46,665 nt of DNA, from positions 1 to 46,665 of the IMG/VR virus record IMGVR_UViG_3300026196_000010; one strand, 5' to 3'. The position numbers and the translations under genes are program-made. This document shows, piece after piece, positions 1 to 9,423 of this stretch. How positions within the stretch are numbered: the first letter of the stretch is position 1; each line of letters begins with the position of its first letter. The DNA comes from a virus. Its lineage: Duplodnaviria > Caudoviricetes. The notes under the pieces were generated by a model. That model was not told where the DNA came from. It did no database searches and worked only from the letters and a program-made list of their open reading frames with translations.

Positions 1-165
1 TATATCTTCTTATGCTTTACATCAATAGCGTTCTCTGAGAAAGCGTCCGGATCGGGATGAAAGCCAAAGTCCAGTCCATATATCTTAGGTAGTGATTCAT
101 CGAACTCACCGAACCGCCAATTACTAAATACAGCACCCTCAAGTTTGCCCAACTCACCCTGTCCA
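1..165. repeat. Terminal direct repeat, left copy (circular assembly overlap)
   Basis: Identical to 46501-46665 except G39 vs A46539, a synonymous TTC/TTT change in TerL. Confidence 0.97.
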
Positions 166-791
166 TACACCCTCCACCAATTCTCAAACCCCGGCTTATC
201 TTTCTTCATAAGGATATTAGCCAGCTCGTTCTCTGGAAGGTATGGGTTATCTAAATAATTGGATTTGATAAGCACATGAGGGAAGTTTGGCAATACCTTA
301 TCATGAAGCCAGAACTCCTGGTCCGGGTTAAAGTCAAGAAGCGTTATCTGACTACGCGAGAATAACTGATCGAACACCTCATATGTTATCTTTCGGTTGC
401 ACTCATTGATAAATAACAACCCGCGTCTGGGACCGTGAGCCATAGCCAGATTACCCTCTACACCGTAACAGTTAACAGTTGATTCGCCTATCTTATAAAT
501 TGGTTGTGCTGGTGCGCTTTTGATCTCTCCTATGTTCTCACCAAACGAATCGAGTATAATATCAAAATCTGAGATAACCCCCATCTTCAGATGAGGCAGT
601 GCATATGAACATAGTGTAGTCTTTGTAGCTGGTGCGCTCTTGAGATAGTTGTAAATGACTTGAAGTGTGCTGAACGTCTTAGATGATCCCTGACCGCCTT
701 GGTTGATGATCAGCCGTGGCCCAGTACCGTTTACAGCGTTTAGAAGAGCTTCTCCTGTTCTGTGAAATACATTAGTGAGCCTGGGTTCCAT
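1..791 (-). CDS. terL: Terminase large subunit, PBSX-like, N-terminal part (continues at 46500..46125; about 388 aa in total)
   Basis: Manual translation from ATG at 791: [39 protein letters not shown] (Walker A) ... LLFINE (Walker B) ... LDFNP ... SNYLDNPYL ... [10 protein letters not shown]; in frame with ORF 46125..46652. Confidence 0.93.
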   Translation of the reverse strand, partial: MEPRLTNVFHRTGEALLNAVNGTGPRLIINQGGQGSSKTFSTLQVIYNYLKSAPATKTTLCSYALPHLKMGVISDFDIILDSFGENIGEIKSAPAQPIYKIGESTVNCYGVEGNLAMAHGPRRGLLFINECNRKITYEVFDQLFSRSQITLLDFNPDQEFWLHDKVLPNFPHVLIKSNYLDNPYLPENELANILMKKDKPGFENWWRVYGQGELGKLEGAVFSNWRFGEFDESLPKIYGLDFGFHPDPDAFSENAIDVKHKKI

Positions 792-1275
792 CTCGCAGCT
801 TCTTAAGCGTCTCGGCTGTTTCTGACTTGTCGACTGTGATGTTTAGATTTATCTTATCGCCGCCTGATGTGTGATCCACATTTTGCTTGTCGGTTAGCCC
901 TAAATCACGCGCAATTATGTTTGGATTAAGCAGCTCGGCAGCAGCACCTTGAAACTTTTGTGTCTTGATAATATTCTCCGCACGCGTAATGATATATATA
1001 AAATCTTCCTTTTCTTTATAGTTTTCCCATGTTTTAAATGTTATATCTAAGAATATACATAACCCTGTTATAGTCATAGCCCTCATTTTGGCAAACTTCT
1101 CATGAGTTACTTTTCCTTGAAATGCAAAGCCCTTATCTTCATATAGCGGATTAGCTTCTACCCAATCGAAATACTCACAAACAGCATCCCATAAATCATC
1201 TGGTGATTCAAATATAGGATTTCGTCCATGTGAAGATCTAAGCATCCAGAATTTATTTCCTTTAGGCGCGCTCAT
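772..1275 (-). CDS. terS: Terminase small subunit, P22 gp3-like DNA-packaging protein
   Basis: [36 protein letters not shown] and [21 protein letters not shown] match the P22 gp3 family; directly upstream of terL. Confidence 0.92.
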   Translation of the reverse strand: MSAPKGNKFWMLRSSHGRNPIFESPDDLWDAVCEYFDWVEANPLYEDKGFAFQGKVTHEKFAKMRAMTITGLCIFLDITFKTWENYKEKEDFIYIITRAENIIKTQKFQGAAAELLNPNIIARDLGLTDKQNVDHTSGGDKINLNITVDKSETAETLKKLRDGTQAH

Positions 1276-1466
1276 CAGTTCATCCCTATTTTAAATTGCA
1301 TCACGTATAAATGTATTTCCTCTTTAGTTAAAGTGAACAGATCAGGATTGTAAATATCTACTAACACATGATCAAACTCATAGTGCGGATACAACAGAAG
1401 CAGATTACTCTGATCCGCTATGTAGCGGCTTAATTTCTTTAACTGCTTTTCTGCTTCTTTGTTCAT
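1275..1466 (-). CDS. Hypothetical protein
   Basis: 63 aa ORF coupled to the terS start; TATTTTTG promoter element just upstream (1471-1478). Confidence 0.65.
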   Translation of the reverse strand: MNKEAEKQLKKLSRYIADQSNLLLLYPHYEFDHVLVDIYNPDLFTLTKEEIHLYVMQFKIGMN

Positions 1467-1523
1467 AATACAAAAATAAGCAATAATTATGTGATATTAA
1501 ATTTTATTGTTCTCATCATCTCT

Positions 1524-2081
1524 CTATTTGTTTTGAATTAAATACTTAATCGTGTCTGCAAACTTAATGAACGGATTTGCTTTTTCTTTTCCATTTTTTT
1601 CAATAGCTTTATTTTTGAACACTTCTATATCGGTGGCTTTGTAGCACCCGAACACTAATTGAAGATCATCCCCTGAAATCCAATAGGCTTGTGCTAATCC
1701 CGTAATTGATCCTATAATCTCTTTACAATACCTTTCTGGGTTTGATTTATAGTCAGAGCAATCAGAGCAATCAGAGCAACCAGAGCAACGAGAGCAATCA
1801 GAGCAATCAGAGCAACCAGAGCAACGAGAGCAACCAGAGCAATCAGAGCAATAAGAGCAACCAGAGCAATCAGAGCAACGAGAGCAATTAGAGCAATCAG
1901 AGCAACGAGAGCAATCAGAGCAATCAGAGCAACCAGAGCAACGAGAGCAATCAGAGCAATCAGAGCAATCAGAGCAATCAATCAATGTCTTACTATTCTT
2001 TTGGGATTGTTCTTTTGTGTATATAGAACAATGCCACCTGTTGTTATTGGAATCTACCCAATATCCGATTTCTTTTTTCAT
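1524..2081 (-). CDS. Cys-Ser-X repeat protein
   Basis: 25 tandem C-S-x units (x = D/R/G/N/Y) between unique N- and C-terminal parts. Confidence 0.8.
   Translation of the reverse strand: MKKEIGYWVDSNNNRWHCSIYTKEQSQKNSKTLIDCSDCSDCSDCSRCSGCSDCSDCSRCSDCSNCSRCSDCSGCSYCSDCSGCSRCSGCSDCSDCSRCSGCSDCSDCSDYKSNPERYCKEIIGSITGLAQAYWISGDDLQLVFGCYKATDIEVFKNKAIEKNGKEKANPFIKFADTIKYLIQNK
1755..1979 (-). repeat. 9-bp tandem repeat x25 (NNT-TGC-TCT)
   Basis: Plus-strand unit AGAGCAAnn repeated 25 times (225 bp). Confidence 0.95.
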
Positions 2082-2100
2082 CTCTATTTGTTTTGAGGGG

Positions 2101-2298
2101 TTAAAAACGATGTTCGTAAACAGTGTGAATTATTTTTTCCGTATCAAGTTCGCGCGCCTTAATTTCAGCATCAATCCTATTTTCATATTGCTTTGCATCG
2201 TTAGGGCTTAAACTATATAAATCCTTTCCACTAATAGTATCAACATAGTATGCCGATTGGGTCATACTTGTCCCCGCTTCGATTAACCAAACACTCAT
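2101..2298 (-). CDS. Hypothetical protein
   Basis: 65 aa; ATGA overlap with the upstream gene. Confidence 0.65.
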   Translation of the reverse strand: MSVWLIEAGTSMTQSAYYVDTISGKDLYSLSPNDAKQYENRIDAEIKARELDTEKIIHTVYEHRF

Positions 2299-2567
2299 CC
2301 CTCGTCCTCCTTTCCGAAAGCGGCTAATCTTAGAGCCTCCCTTATTATTCCTTTAGTTCTAATTCCAAGTTTAGCCCTTGAAGCTATATCCTCATCAACC
2401 AAATAAATTTTAGCATCCTCATACCTCTCTTCAGCCTCTTCCTTGCTCTTGGCTATGAAATGTTCTTCAATTAATTTTGCGGTCTGTCCAATATTTAGGC
2501 CGGCATCTTCAGCATTTATCAATATCGTTTCTAGTGGCGTAGCTTCTCTATGCTCCTTTGTATTCAT
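2295..2567 (-). CDS. Hypothetical protein (AKSKEEA / AAFGKE family)
   Basis: Shares segments with 42621..42929 and 45280..45654. Confidence 0.7.
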   Translation of the reverse strand: MNTKEHREATPLETILINAEDAGLNIGQTAKLIEEHFIAKSKEEAEERYEDAKIYLVDEDIASRAKLGIRTKGIIREALRLAAFGKEDEG

Positions 2568-2573
2568 CTCTAT

Positions 2574-2852
2574 TTAGTTGTTAAGTTCTTTAATTGCGGA
2601 TTTGACAATATCATCTGCATTATCATTTAGCTGCTGCCTATGCTCTGATGACAATCCAGCTAATTCATATAATTGATTAACTATTTTCATCGCTAAAAGA
2701 TCAATTCGCTCCTCCTCGCTGATATCGGTGGTGTAGAGTGAGGCAATTTCTTTGGCCAGATTTTCAAACCATGCAACTGGTATGGATGGTCCCATATCCT
2801 CATTCCCCGTGTAAATATATTGGTTCAGTATCTCAATTATTTTGTCTTTCAT
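2574..2852 (-). CDS. Hypothetical protein (MKDKIIEIL family)
   Basis: N-terminus and TTxISE motif shared with 45794..46072. Confidence 0.7.
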   Translation of the reverse strand: MKDKIIEILNQYIYTGNEDMGPSIPVAWFENLAKEIASLYTTDISEEERIDLLAMKIVNQLYELAGLSSEHRQQLNDNADDIVKSAIKELNN

Positions 2853-2859
2853 GGCTTCT

Positions 2860-3312
2860 TTATTTAACTGGACAGTTAGGATAATAAGTTCTCACAATAT
2901 ATGAACACTGCTTTAATACTTTATATGCGGAAGCATCAGCAGCATCATAAGCAGCAGCACTAGCAGCATCATAAGCAGCAGCATAAGCAGCCTTAGCAGC
3001 ATCTCGTATATCCTGCTTGGTAATAGAAATATCACCTAACGCCCATTTTCTTGATAGCTCAATAGCTTTACGTGGTCGATCTTCTTTTTCTGAAGCATAT
3101 TTTAATGCCAATTCTGCACAATCGCAAGCGGCTAATACTAACGGTTTACGTTCATCTGACATAGGACTACCAGCGATAGTTAGACCAATAAGCCACAGCA
3201 TCCAATCACCACGATTACAGTTACTCCATAGAGTCTCCCAGTTTGGTTGAGTCCTTGCCCACTCGATAGCTTCATGACAGGCGTTTAGTTCTGTTAAGAT
3301 TTTAGTATTCAT
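2860..3312 (-). CDS. Imm5-like protein with Ala-rich repeat
   Basis: LAACDCAELAL...EDRPRKAIELSRKWA motif followed by AAYAAAYDAA repeats (about 2930-3003). Confidence 0.6.
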   Translation of the reverse strand: MNTKILTELNACHEAIEWARTQPNWETLWSNCNRGDWMLWLIGLTIAGSPMSDERKPLVLAACDCAELALKYASEKEDRPRKAIELSRKWALGDISITKQDIRDAAKAAYAAAYDAASAAAYDAADASAYKVLKQCSYIVRTYYPNCPVK

Positions 3313-3666
3313 GGTTTATTATTTTGATAAAGTATCTTGCCTTTCATAACATCCCTTTGTTTACGAGTACACCACATATAACAGGTATCAATAGCAACAT
3401 AATTACAATGATCCAGGATAAGTCATATCCCCTCCGTTGTCGTTGTACGTAATTCATCTTTTTATTAATATACAAGTTAGATCATGTCTCAGCAAGTCTT
3501 TTCATCGCGTTACCGTTGTATGCGTTTTATCTATCACCTTATAAGGCTCTACCTGCATCTTGCGTTCAATCTGCATTCCTATCCATATGAAGAATGCCAT
3601 GACAAGAGCCGCTCCGATTATTTGAATTGTCTTTTTCATTTCTTTTGATTTACCTTCGACCATAAG

Positions 3667-4425
3667 TTACCATTTTCTATTATCAAATACAAACTCTAAG
3701 ATTCTTTTATCCAGAAAGATAGGCTCACCTTCTTTCAGCTCAGTAGGATTATCCGGAGGTGTCTCTGCATTCCATAACCATCCCGTCGTAGAGATGTATC
3801 GTTTCACATCTTCTTGCGGAATAATGTCGCCACACAACAAACGATTAAGTAGGTTCCAACATGGAATCTCTCTAATAAGCCTACTCTTCACTTTATCTGA
3901 TCGAGCAATGAAAGCCTCCCATGCTAACAAAGACTTGACAAAGGCAGGCTTTTTAAAATACAGCATATTAAAAAATTCATACATACGCTTATACATTGGA
4001 TTGCTCGTTTCAAGATATTTCTTCCAGAAGTACAGCCCTGGTCTATTGATCCAAAACGGTATTTTTAAATCCCTGATCATTTCATACTGATACCAGAAGA
4101 TAGCACAAGTTAACATGATATATGGATCTCGTGTGATAGACTTTTGATGCCTGTACTTATGTGAATCTGTGAATCCAAGTTTATGCAATAGCTTATGCCA
4201 ATAATAATCGAAATAGTTTTTACTATCCGAATCTTCCTTCAGACCGTCTGGCCAACGTTTGCGCTCATTGAGCAACTTGATACACGCTTTTATCACATCA
4301 GCATCGCCGGTTATGAGTGCATAGATAGCCATTCGCCAAATGAGATCACCGCGACCATCTCCATACGTGTTATGAAGTAGCCATTTGCCTGAAGACGTTA
4401 TATTCCAATAATAGTAGTTACTCAT
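3667..4425 (-). CDS. Hypothetical protein, aromatic-rich, 252 aa
   Basis: Long ORF co-oriented with and coupled to its neighbours; no motif recognised. Confidence 0.75.
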   Translation of the reverse strand: MSNYYYWNITSSGKWLLHNTYGDGRGDLIWRMAIYALITGDADVIKACIKLLNERKRWPDGLKEDSDSKNYFDYYWHKLLHKLGFTDSHKYRHQKSITRDPYIMLTCAIFWYQYEMIRDLKIPFWINRPGLYFWKKYLETSNPMYKRMYEFFNMLYFKKPAFVKSLLAWEAFIARSDKVKSRLIREIPCWNLLNRLLCGDIIPQEDVKRYISTTGWLWNAETPPDNPTELKEGEPIFLDKRILEFVFDNRKW

Positions 4426-4906
4426 TGTCTTTTATTTTAGTCATTACTTTATCGAATACATCTTTATATTCAGCATCGACTTTGGGATCTGTATCTATCA
4501 AACCACTGAGAGTATTTTGATAGTAGTAATATATCCTATTCTTAAACGGTGTCTGCTCTTCTATGTGTGAAACCGGAATACCAGAGTCTAACATGATATT
4601 CACTGCATACATCTTAGCGCGTACTACATCTGTCTGCTTTGTCTTACCAAAGATAGCTTTTAGTGTTATACCCATCTCTTCGGCAGTGTGAGTACATATT
4701 GATAGCACGTTGACACTTTGAGGAATCTCCATGTAGTCAATATCAATAGTCACGTCCTGCTCAAAAACGTTTGTCCATTTCTCACGCTCGTTATTTATAA
4801 ACTTCTCAACAAGATCAGAACTTGTAAATCGTAAGTCATCTGGATATTTTATAACAAGTGCTTTGAAGCTGCTATCTAATATTCGTATGCTTCTTATTTT
4901 TATCAT
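4418..4906 (-). CDS. Protein with DnaA C-terminal-like HTH domain
   Basis: EEMGITLKAIFGKTKQTDVVRAKMYAVNIM resembles Bac_DnaA_C. Confidence 0.6.
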   Translation of the reverse strand: MIKIRSIRILDSSFKALVIKYPDDLRFTSSDLVEKFINNEREKWTNVFEQDVTIDIDYMEIPQSVNVLSICTHTAEEMGITLKAIFGKTKQTDVVRAKMYAVNIMLDSGIPVSHIEEQTPFKNRIYYYYQNTLSGLIDTDPKVDAEYKDVFDKVMTKIKDNE

Positions 4907-4929
4907 TTGTTAAATATAGGTTTAATTTT

Positions 4930-4948
4930 ATTAAGAATGAAACTAAAT
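4930..4948 (-). promoter_or_regulatory. 19-bp promoter box, copy A
   Basis: ATTAAGAATGAAACTAAAT on +; on the minus strand an 11-nt spacer, then TATATTTA. Confidence 0.8.
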
Positions 4949-5130
4949 TACATCTCCATTTCTTCATCATCCATCTCCTTAGCCTCATCTATCGCTATGA
5001 TGAGATAACATAACACTAACCACCCGATACACTCAGCGAGTATCCAAAACCAAGAGTAAGTACGCGACAGTGCGAATACAGCTAAAGCAGCAACGATAAT
5101 ACTTGAGACTATTCTGAATAGATGTTTCAT
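4948..5130 (-). CDS. Small membrane protein, two TM helices
   Basis: Two hydrophobic stretches and an acidic tail. Confidence 0.65.
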   Translation of the reverse strand: MKHLFRIVSSIIVAALAVFALSRTYSWFWILAECIGWLVLCYLIIAIDEAKEMDDEEMEM

Positions 5131-5297
5131 GGCTTAAAGTCTTTTATGAATCTTAAATGTATCTGCTTTAACTGCTCATTATATTCAGGATCATTGTGAG
5201 CGCGTTCATGATCCTTTCTACATAACCCCATTAAATTTTCTATTTCATCTATCCCATAGCCGAAGTATTTCATGTATATTTTAGTGTGTGGTTGCAT
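5127..5297 (-). CDS. HNH-endonuclease-like protein, 56 aa, apparently internally deleted
   Basis: Manual translation MQPHTKIYMKYFGYGIDEIENLMGLCRKDHERAH...; keeps the C-terminal NL..LC...H motif but lacks the first CxxC and the catalytic His segment. Confidence 0.5.
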   Translation of the reverse strand: MQPHTKIYMKYFGYGIDEIENLMGLCRKDHERAHNDPEYNEQLKQIHLRFIKDFKP

Positions 5298-6271
5298 TAG
5301 AATATTTTTTGCTGTGAATCTGCAAATCTATTTCTTACATCCATTAAATTTTTAATAGCTTGTTTATAATAGCTTTCTTTTAATTCTATTCCTATTGCTT
5401 TACGTCCGTAGCTAACAGGGGAATAAACTTCTGATCCAACTCCCATAAATGGAGTTAATATAACCTCATTAGGATTTGAATAAAGCTCAACTATTCTATC
5501 TATTACATCTAATTGAAGTGGGTGGACATGCTTTTCATCATCTTCGTCTTTGCTCTCTTTATACTGTAAAACATTATCTATTCGTATATCATCCCACACC
5601 GAAGAGGCATAACGCTGCCATATTATATGGCTTAATTTGTTTGTTTTAGGGTCCTTCCATCCTGCATATTTTATACGCAAGTCTTCAATGCTTCCATATT
5701 TTTCAACCATATCAGGAAGAACTGGGGTTGCACCCGCATAATATTTTAACCCAAATTCATGAGTTACGGGCACAAGATTTTCACCGTTCTTTTTGAATAT
5801 CAAAATATAGTCAGGCATTGCGGTGAAGCATTCAGTCGAATCTTCTACTATTAACTTGTGCATTAATGAACGTACCATAGTTCTCATCCTTACTTTTAGC
5901 GGTTCTTTCCATATGGTAATTCGGTTACGATATTTGAATCCATACTTTTCATGTAGCTTTATTACCTCATTGGGGAAATCCCACATAGAACCATCTTTGT
6001 TATGAATATCCGTACAATGAACGGCCGTGATCCTTCCTGGTTTAGTAAGCCTTGCAATTTCTTTTATTAGATATTCATATTGATCTAAAAATTGTTCCCT
6101 CGTTTCACAGTTTGAGAAATCATTTTCAGAACTTGAATAATTATACAGCCCTGCAAATGGCGGACTATATACGCTAAGATCAATTGATCCATCTGCCATG
6201 GTTGGCAGAACATACATGCAATCGCTTAAATAGATAGCGTATTCATCTGTTACTTTTTGTTCTTTTATCAT
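5297..6271 (-). CDS. DNA amino-methyltransferase (N4-C/N6-A, beta class)
   Basis: SIDLSVYSPPF catalytic motif; HVHPLQ..VI.RIVELYSNPNEVILTPFMGVGS SAM motif; AIGIELKESYY. Confidence 0.9.
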   Translation of the reverse strand: MIKEQKVTDEYAIYLSDCMYVLPTMADGSIDLSVYSPPFAGLYNYSSSENDFSNCETREQFLDQYEYLIKEIARLTKPGRITAVHCTDIHNKDGSMWDFPNEVIKLHEKYGFKYRNRITIWKEPLKVRMRTMVRSLMHKLIVEDSTECFTAMPDYILIFKKNGENLVPVTHEFGLKYYAGATPVLPDMVEKYGSIEDLRIKYAGWKDPKTNKLSHIIWQRYASSVWDDIRIDNVLQYKESKDEDDEKHVHPLQLDVIDRIVELYSNPNEVILTPFMGVGSEVYSPVSYGRKAIGIELKESYYKQAIKNLMDVRNRFADSQQKIF

Positions 6272-7632
6272 AGAAATTTAGGTAAGGTTATTTCTTTATC
6301 AAATCCATTTACTTTATATTCAAACTTAGAATTAAGATTACTATTCAATCGATCAAATAACTCATTGGCCTTTTCTGTTTTTGCGAGCAATCCATCCAAT
6401 ACCCTTTTCTGACCATCTGAATAAACAAGATCGACAATTACTTCTTTCGTTTGTCCAAACCTCCAAAATCTACGGATAGCCTGGTAATATTGTTCGTAAG
6501 AAAACGTTGGGAAAAATACAGTATGATTGCAGTGCTGCCAATTCAATCCAAAAGCTGTAATTTTTGGCTTTGTTATTAATCGTTTAATTTCACCACGACT
6601 GAATGCTAAAAGTAATTCTTCTTTTTTGTCCAGGTCCATACTACCTCTTATTTCATAGGATTGAGGGTCTAATTGTTTTAATAGTTCCCCCTCCTTATTG
6701 AGATTACACCAATAAACAGATGTATCGTGTCCTTCTGTTAGTTCAACAGCTTTTTCACATCTTTTATCAATAGTCAATCTTTGTTCTTCCCTAACTTCTG
6801 TAAGTCTCCTGGCTATGGCGTTAAATAACATAATCTGACCTTCTATAACCATGTTCTTTTCATTTTTTACGGGATGATATTTCTGTATCAGTCTGGGTAA
6901 CTTATGCAAATCATCAGAAAAACCTAAATCTGAAGGTTTACGCATTGATATTGACCAAGAAGAAACCCATTTGAAAAAATCATGTTTGGCATGTCCTTTT
7001 AATATCCATTGTGTACCTATATTCTGAGGGCTTATTGTATCTTCATTATTGGTAAAGAATTTGGTAAGCATATCAGTATACCCCATGTACCCTAAAGCCT
7101 CAGAACTTGTTCCTAATTCTATAAAATCATTTGGGGATGGAGTAGCTGTGAAAAGATAACGATACTTTACTTTTTTCAGGAATGTTGTAACCTGATTTTT
7201 TATTGCTCCTTGAAAGTTTTTTAGTATGGATGATTCATCCAATATGACGCAATCAAAATCATTATAGTTAAACTTATCTAATCGCTCGTAATTACATATA
7301 ACTATTTTAGTAGTGTATTTACCGTCCTTTGAATACATTATATCTCCAATCCCAAATTTTTCAGCTTCTCGAATAAATTGAAATGCAACCGCTAAAGGTG
7401 TTATTATCAAAACGGGTTTATTTGTTTCTCTAATATAATTAACAGCTAACGTTAATTCTATTATTGTTTTTCCTAATCCGGTATCCAGAAAAATAGCCGC
7501 CCTCCCTTTTTTTGATGCATACTCAGTTACATATTTTTGAAAATCAAACATATTTTTTGGCATCCATTTTGCAGATATACCAAAATCACTTGAAGTATGC
7601 TTTTTGGTTTCTAAAAAATCAGTGTATTCCAT
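6268..7632 (-). CDS. SNF2/SF2-family helicase
   Basis: DTGLGKT, ILDESS, TATPSPN, FGLNWQHC and QAIRRFWRFGQ motifs. Confidence 0.9.
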   Translation of the reverse strand: MEYTDFLETKKHTSSDFGISAKWMPKNMFDFQKYVTEYASKKGRAAIFLDTGLGKTIIELTLAVNYIRETNKPVLIITPLAVAFQFIREAEKFGIGDIMYSKDGKYTTKIVICNYERLDKFNYNDFDCVILDESSILKNFQGAIKNQVTTFLKKVKYRYLFTATPSPNDFIELGTSSEALGYMGYTDMLTKFFTNNEDTISPQNIGTQWILKGHAKHDFFKWVSSWSISMRKPSDLGFSDDLHKLPRLIQKYHPVKNEKNMVIEGQIMLFNAIARRLTEVREEQRLTIDKRCEKAVELTEGHDTSVYWCNLNKEGELLKQLDPQSYEIRGSMDLDKKEELLLAFSRGEIKRLITKPKITAFGLNWQHCNHTVFFPTFSYEQYYQAIRRFWRFGQTKEVIVDLVYSDGQKRVLDGLLAKTEKANELFDRLNSNLNSKFEYKVNGFDKEITLPKFL

Positions 7633-7654
7633 ACTGCAATATATAACTTAACAT

Positions 7655-7673
7655 ATTAAGAATCAATTTAAAT
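7655..7673 (-). promoter_or_regulatory. 19-bp promoter box, variant copy B
   Basis: ATTAAGAATCAATTTAAAT; 11-nt spacer, then TATATTG on minus. Confidence 0.65.
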
Positions 7674-7937
7674 ACGGGCCTCCTGGTGTTCAACATTGTA
7701 TTTGAACTCAGCCTCAATATCGAATCCGCAATGGATAAGCATATTGAATATAACACCGACCACATCCATAGCCTCCTGAGCCATGTTGCCGTCAACCACA
7801 TCTTCATATTTATCATCCAGCCACATCTCTTCAATCTCCTCTCGTAGCTTCTCACGAAACTCATCCAGTGATGTATCTGGGTTTATCAGTCCGCGCCTAA
7901 CAATAGCATCATAATGTCTTTTAATTAGTTCTTTCAT
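7668..7937 (-). CDS. MazG-like nucleotide pyrophosphohydrolase
   Basis: KLREEIEE ... QEAMDV (ExxE...ExxD) pattern. Confidence 0.6.
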   Translation of the reverse strand: MKELIKRHYDAIVRRGLINPDTSLDEFREKLREEIEEMWLDDKYEDVVDGNMAQEAMDVVGVIFNMLIHCGFDIEAEFKYNVEHQEARI

Positions 7938-8061
7938 AGCAAATGTTTTATTCTGGGTATATCAATTTTTATAATATCATTTCTATTCTCTTCTTTTTTC
8001 ATATTTTGCATTATACGTTTTACGTAATACGTCGACTGCGCTTCTATGTGCATAGGTAGTT

Positions 8062-9423
8062 TCAAAACGGTTTGCTCTCTGGTGAATACATATCAATGTC
8101 AGGCACCTCCTTATCATCTGTGAACCTGGTCAGCGACTCATTACTGATAAACTCAAAAGTCCCGGTTTCTCCCTCGCGATGTTTACCCACTATCATCTCA
8201 CATATCTCAGGTGATGGTGTTGCTGCATTATATACTACATCACGGTAAATAAAAAGAACTATATCTGCGTCCTGCTCAATAGCTCCGGACTCGCGTAAAT
8301 CAGCTAATCCGGGTCGCTTATCAGAGCGACTTTCAACTCCTCTGTTTAATTGACTCATTAATATGACCGGCACCTGTAAATCGACAGCCATCATTTTTGC
8401 CTTGCGCGACATTGTAGAAATCTCCTGTTCCCTGTTACCTGTTTTTTCATTTGTTCGCATCAACTGAAGATAATCAATAAATACAATATCTAATCCATGT
8501 CTGTCTTTTATTGTTCTGCAATTAGCATGTATCTGCTCTATGCTGGTTAACATGGTATCATTAAATGTGACATCCCATTTATTTATGATGTCCAGACATT
8601 GATCAGCCTTTTTCTTCTGATCATCCAATAGATTACCGCGCTTATAATCCGAATGGTTGATGTTAGCTAGCGAACAAATAACTTTGTCCATCAATCGTTC
8701 TGACGTCATCTCAAGTGAAAAGAAAGCACATTTAAACTTATAAGATGCTGCTGTTATCATAAATGATATTGCCAGTGAGGTTTTACCCATGCCAGGACGG
8801 CCAGCTAATATGATAAGCTGCTCTTTATTAAATCCACCAGTTTTTAAATTTAGCTTTTTAAATGTTGACGGGATACCTGAAAACTTGCCGTCTTTACGCG
8901 CCTGTTCACGCTTATAATAATCATCAAGACTTTTGTTTGCAGCGTCAATAACAGAAATACCCGTTGAATTAATGCCAAGATATGAAAGAATACGCGCGTC
9001 CATAGCATTGCGAACATCTTGCAGCGTATCAAGAATATCATCTGCATCATAAGCATCATCTACTAACTGAGAGCCAAGTTTGATACATTCACGCGATACC
9101 CATTTATCATAAATAATAGATAGATGATATTTAATGTGCATAGCAGACCCAACACGTGAAGTTAAATCTGCTATATATGCTGCACCACCAACAGAAGGTA
9201 ATTTATCCCCAAGGTTATTTATGACGGTTAGCATGTCTACATTACCGCCTGTTTTATTTATATCCACCATGCTTTCATAAATCAACCTATGACTGTTGTT
9301 ATAAAAAGCCTCAGCAGGCAGAATGGTTTTAACTTCTTCGACCTTGTCCCCCTCTAATAACAGCGAACCAAGAAACGCTTTTTCTATATCAATAGCCTGC
9401 GGTGGTATTTTGCCTTCTACCAT
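8062..9423 (-). CDS. dnaB: Replicative DNA helicase
   Basis: PPQAIDIEKAFLG, LAGRPGMGKT, FFSLEM, IDYLQLM, SQLNRGVE, DLRESGAIEQDAD. Confidence 0.96.
   Translation of the reverse strand: MVEGKIPPQAIDIEKAFLGSLLLEGDKVEEVKTILPAEAFYNNSHRLIYESMVDINKTGGNVDMLTVINNLGDKLPSVGGAAYIADLTSRVGSAMHIKYHLSIIYDKWVSRECIKLGSQLVDDAYDADDILDTLQDVRNAMDARILSYLGINSTGISVIDAANKSLDDYYKREQARKDGKFSGIPSTFKKLNLKTGGFNKEQLIILAGRPGMGKTSLAISFMITAASYKFKCAFFSLEMTSERLMDKVICSLANINHSDYKRGNLLDDQKKKADQCLDIINKWDVTFNDTMLTSIEQIHANCRTIKDRHGLDIVFIDYLQLMRTNEKTGNREQEISTMSRKAKMMAVDLQVPVILMSQLNRGVESRSDKRPGLADLRESGAIEQDADIVLFIYRDVVYNAATPSPEICEMIVGKHREGETGTFEFISNESLTRFTDDKEVPDIDMYSPESKPF

Noticed and set aside
740-772. ATG at 772 overlapping the terS stop as the terL start
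   Set aside because: It reads [10 protein letters not shown] and is out of frame; the in-frame start is ATG at 791
1712-1981. ORF of ALI/ALV repeats resembling a membrane protein
   Set aside because: Alternative-frame reading of the 9-bp repeat inside the Cys-Ser-X gene
5297-7632. DISARM or restriction-modification defence system
   Set aside because: Only a helicase and a methyltransferase are present; no restriction nuclease or other Drm components recognised
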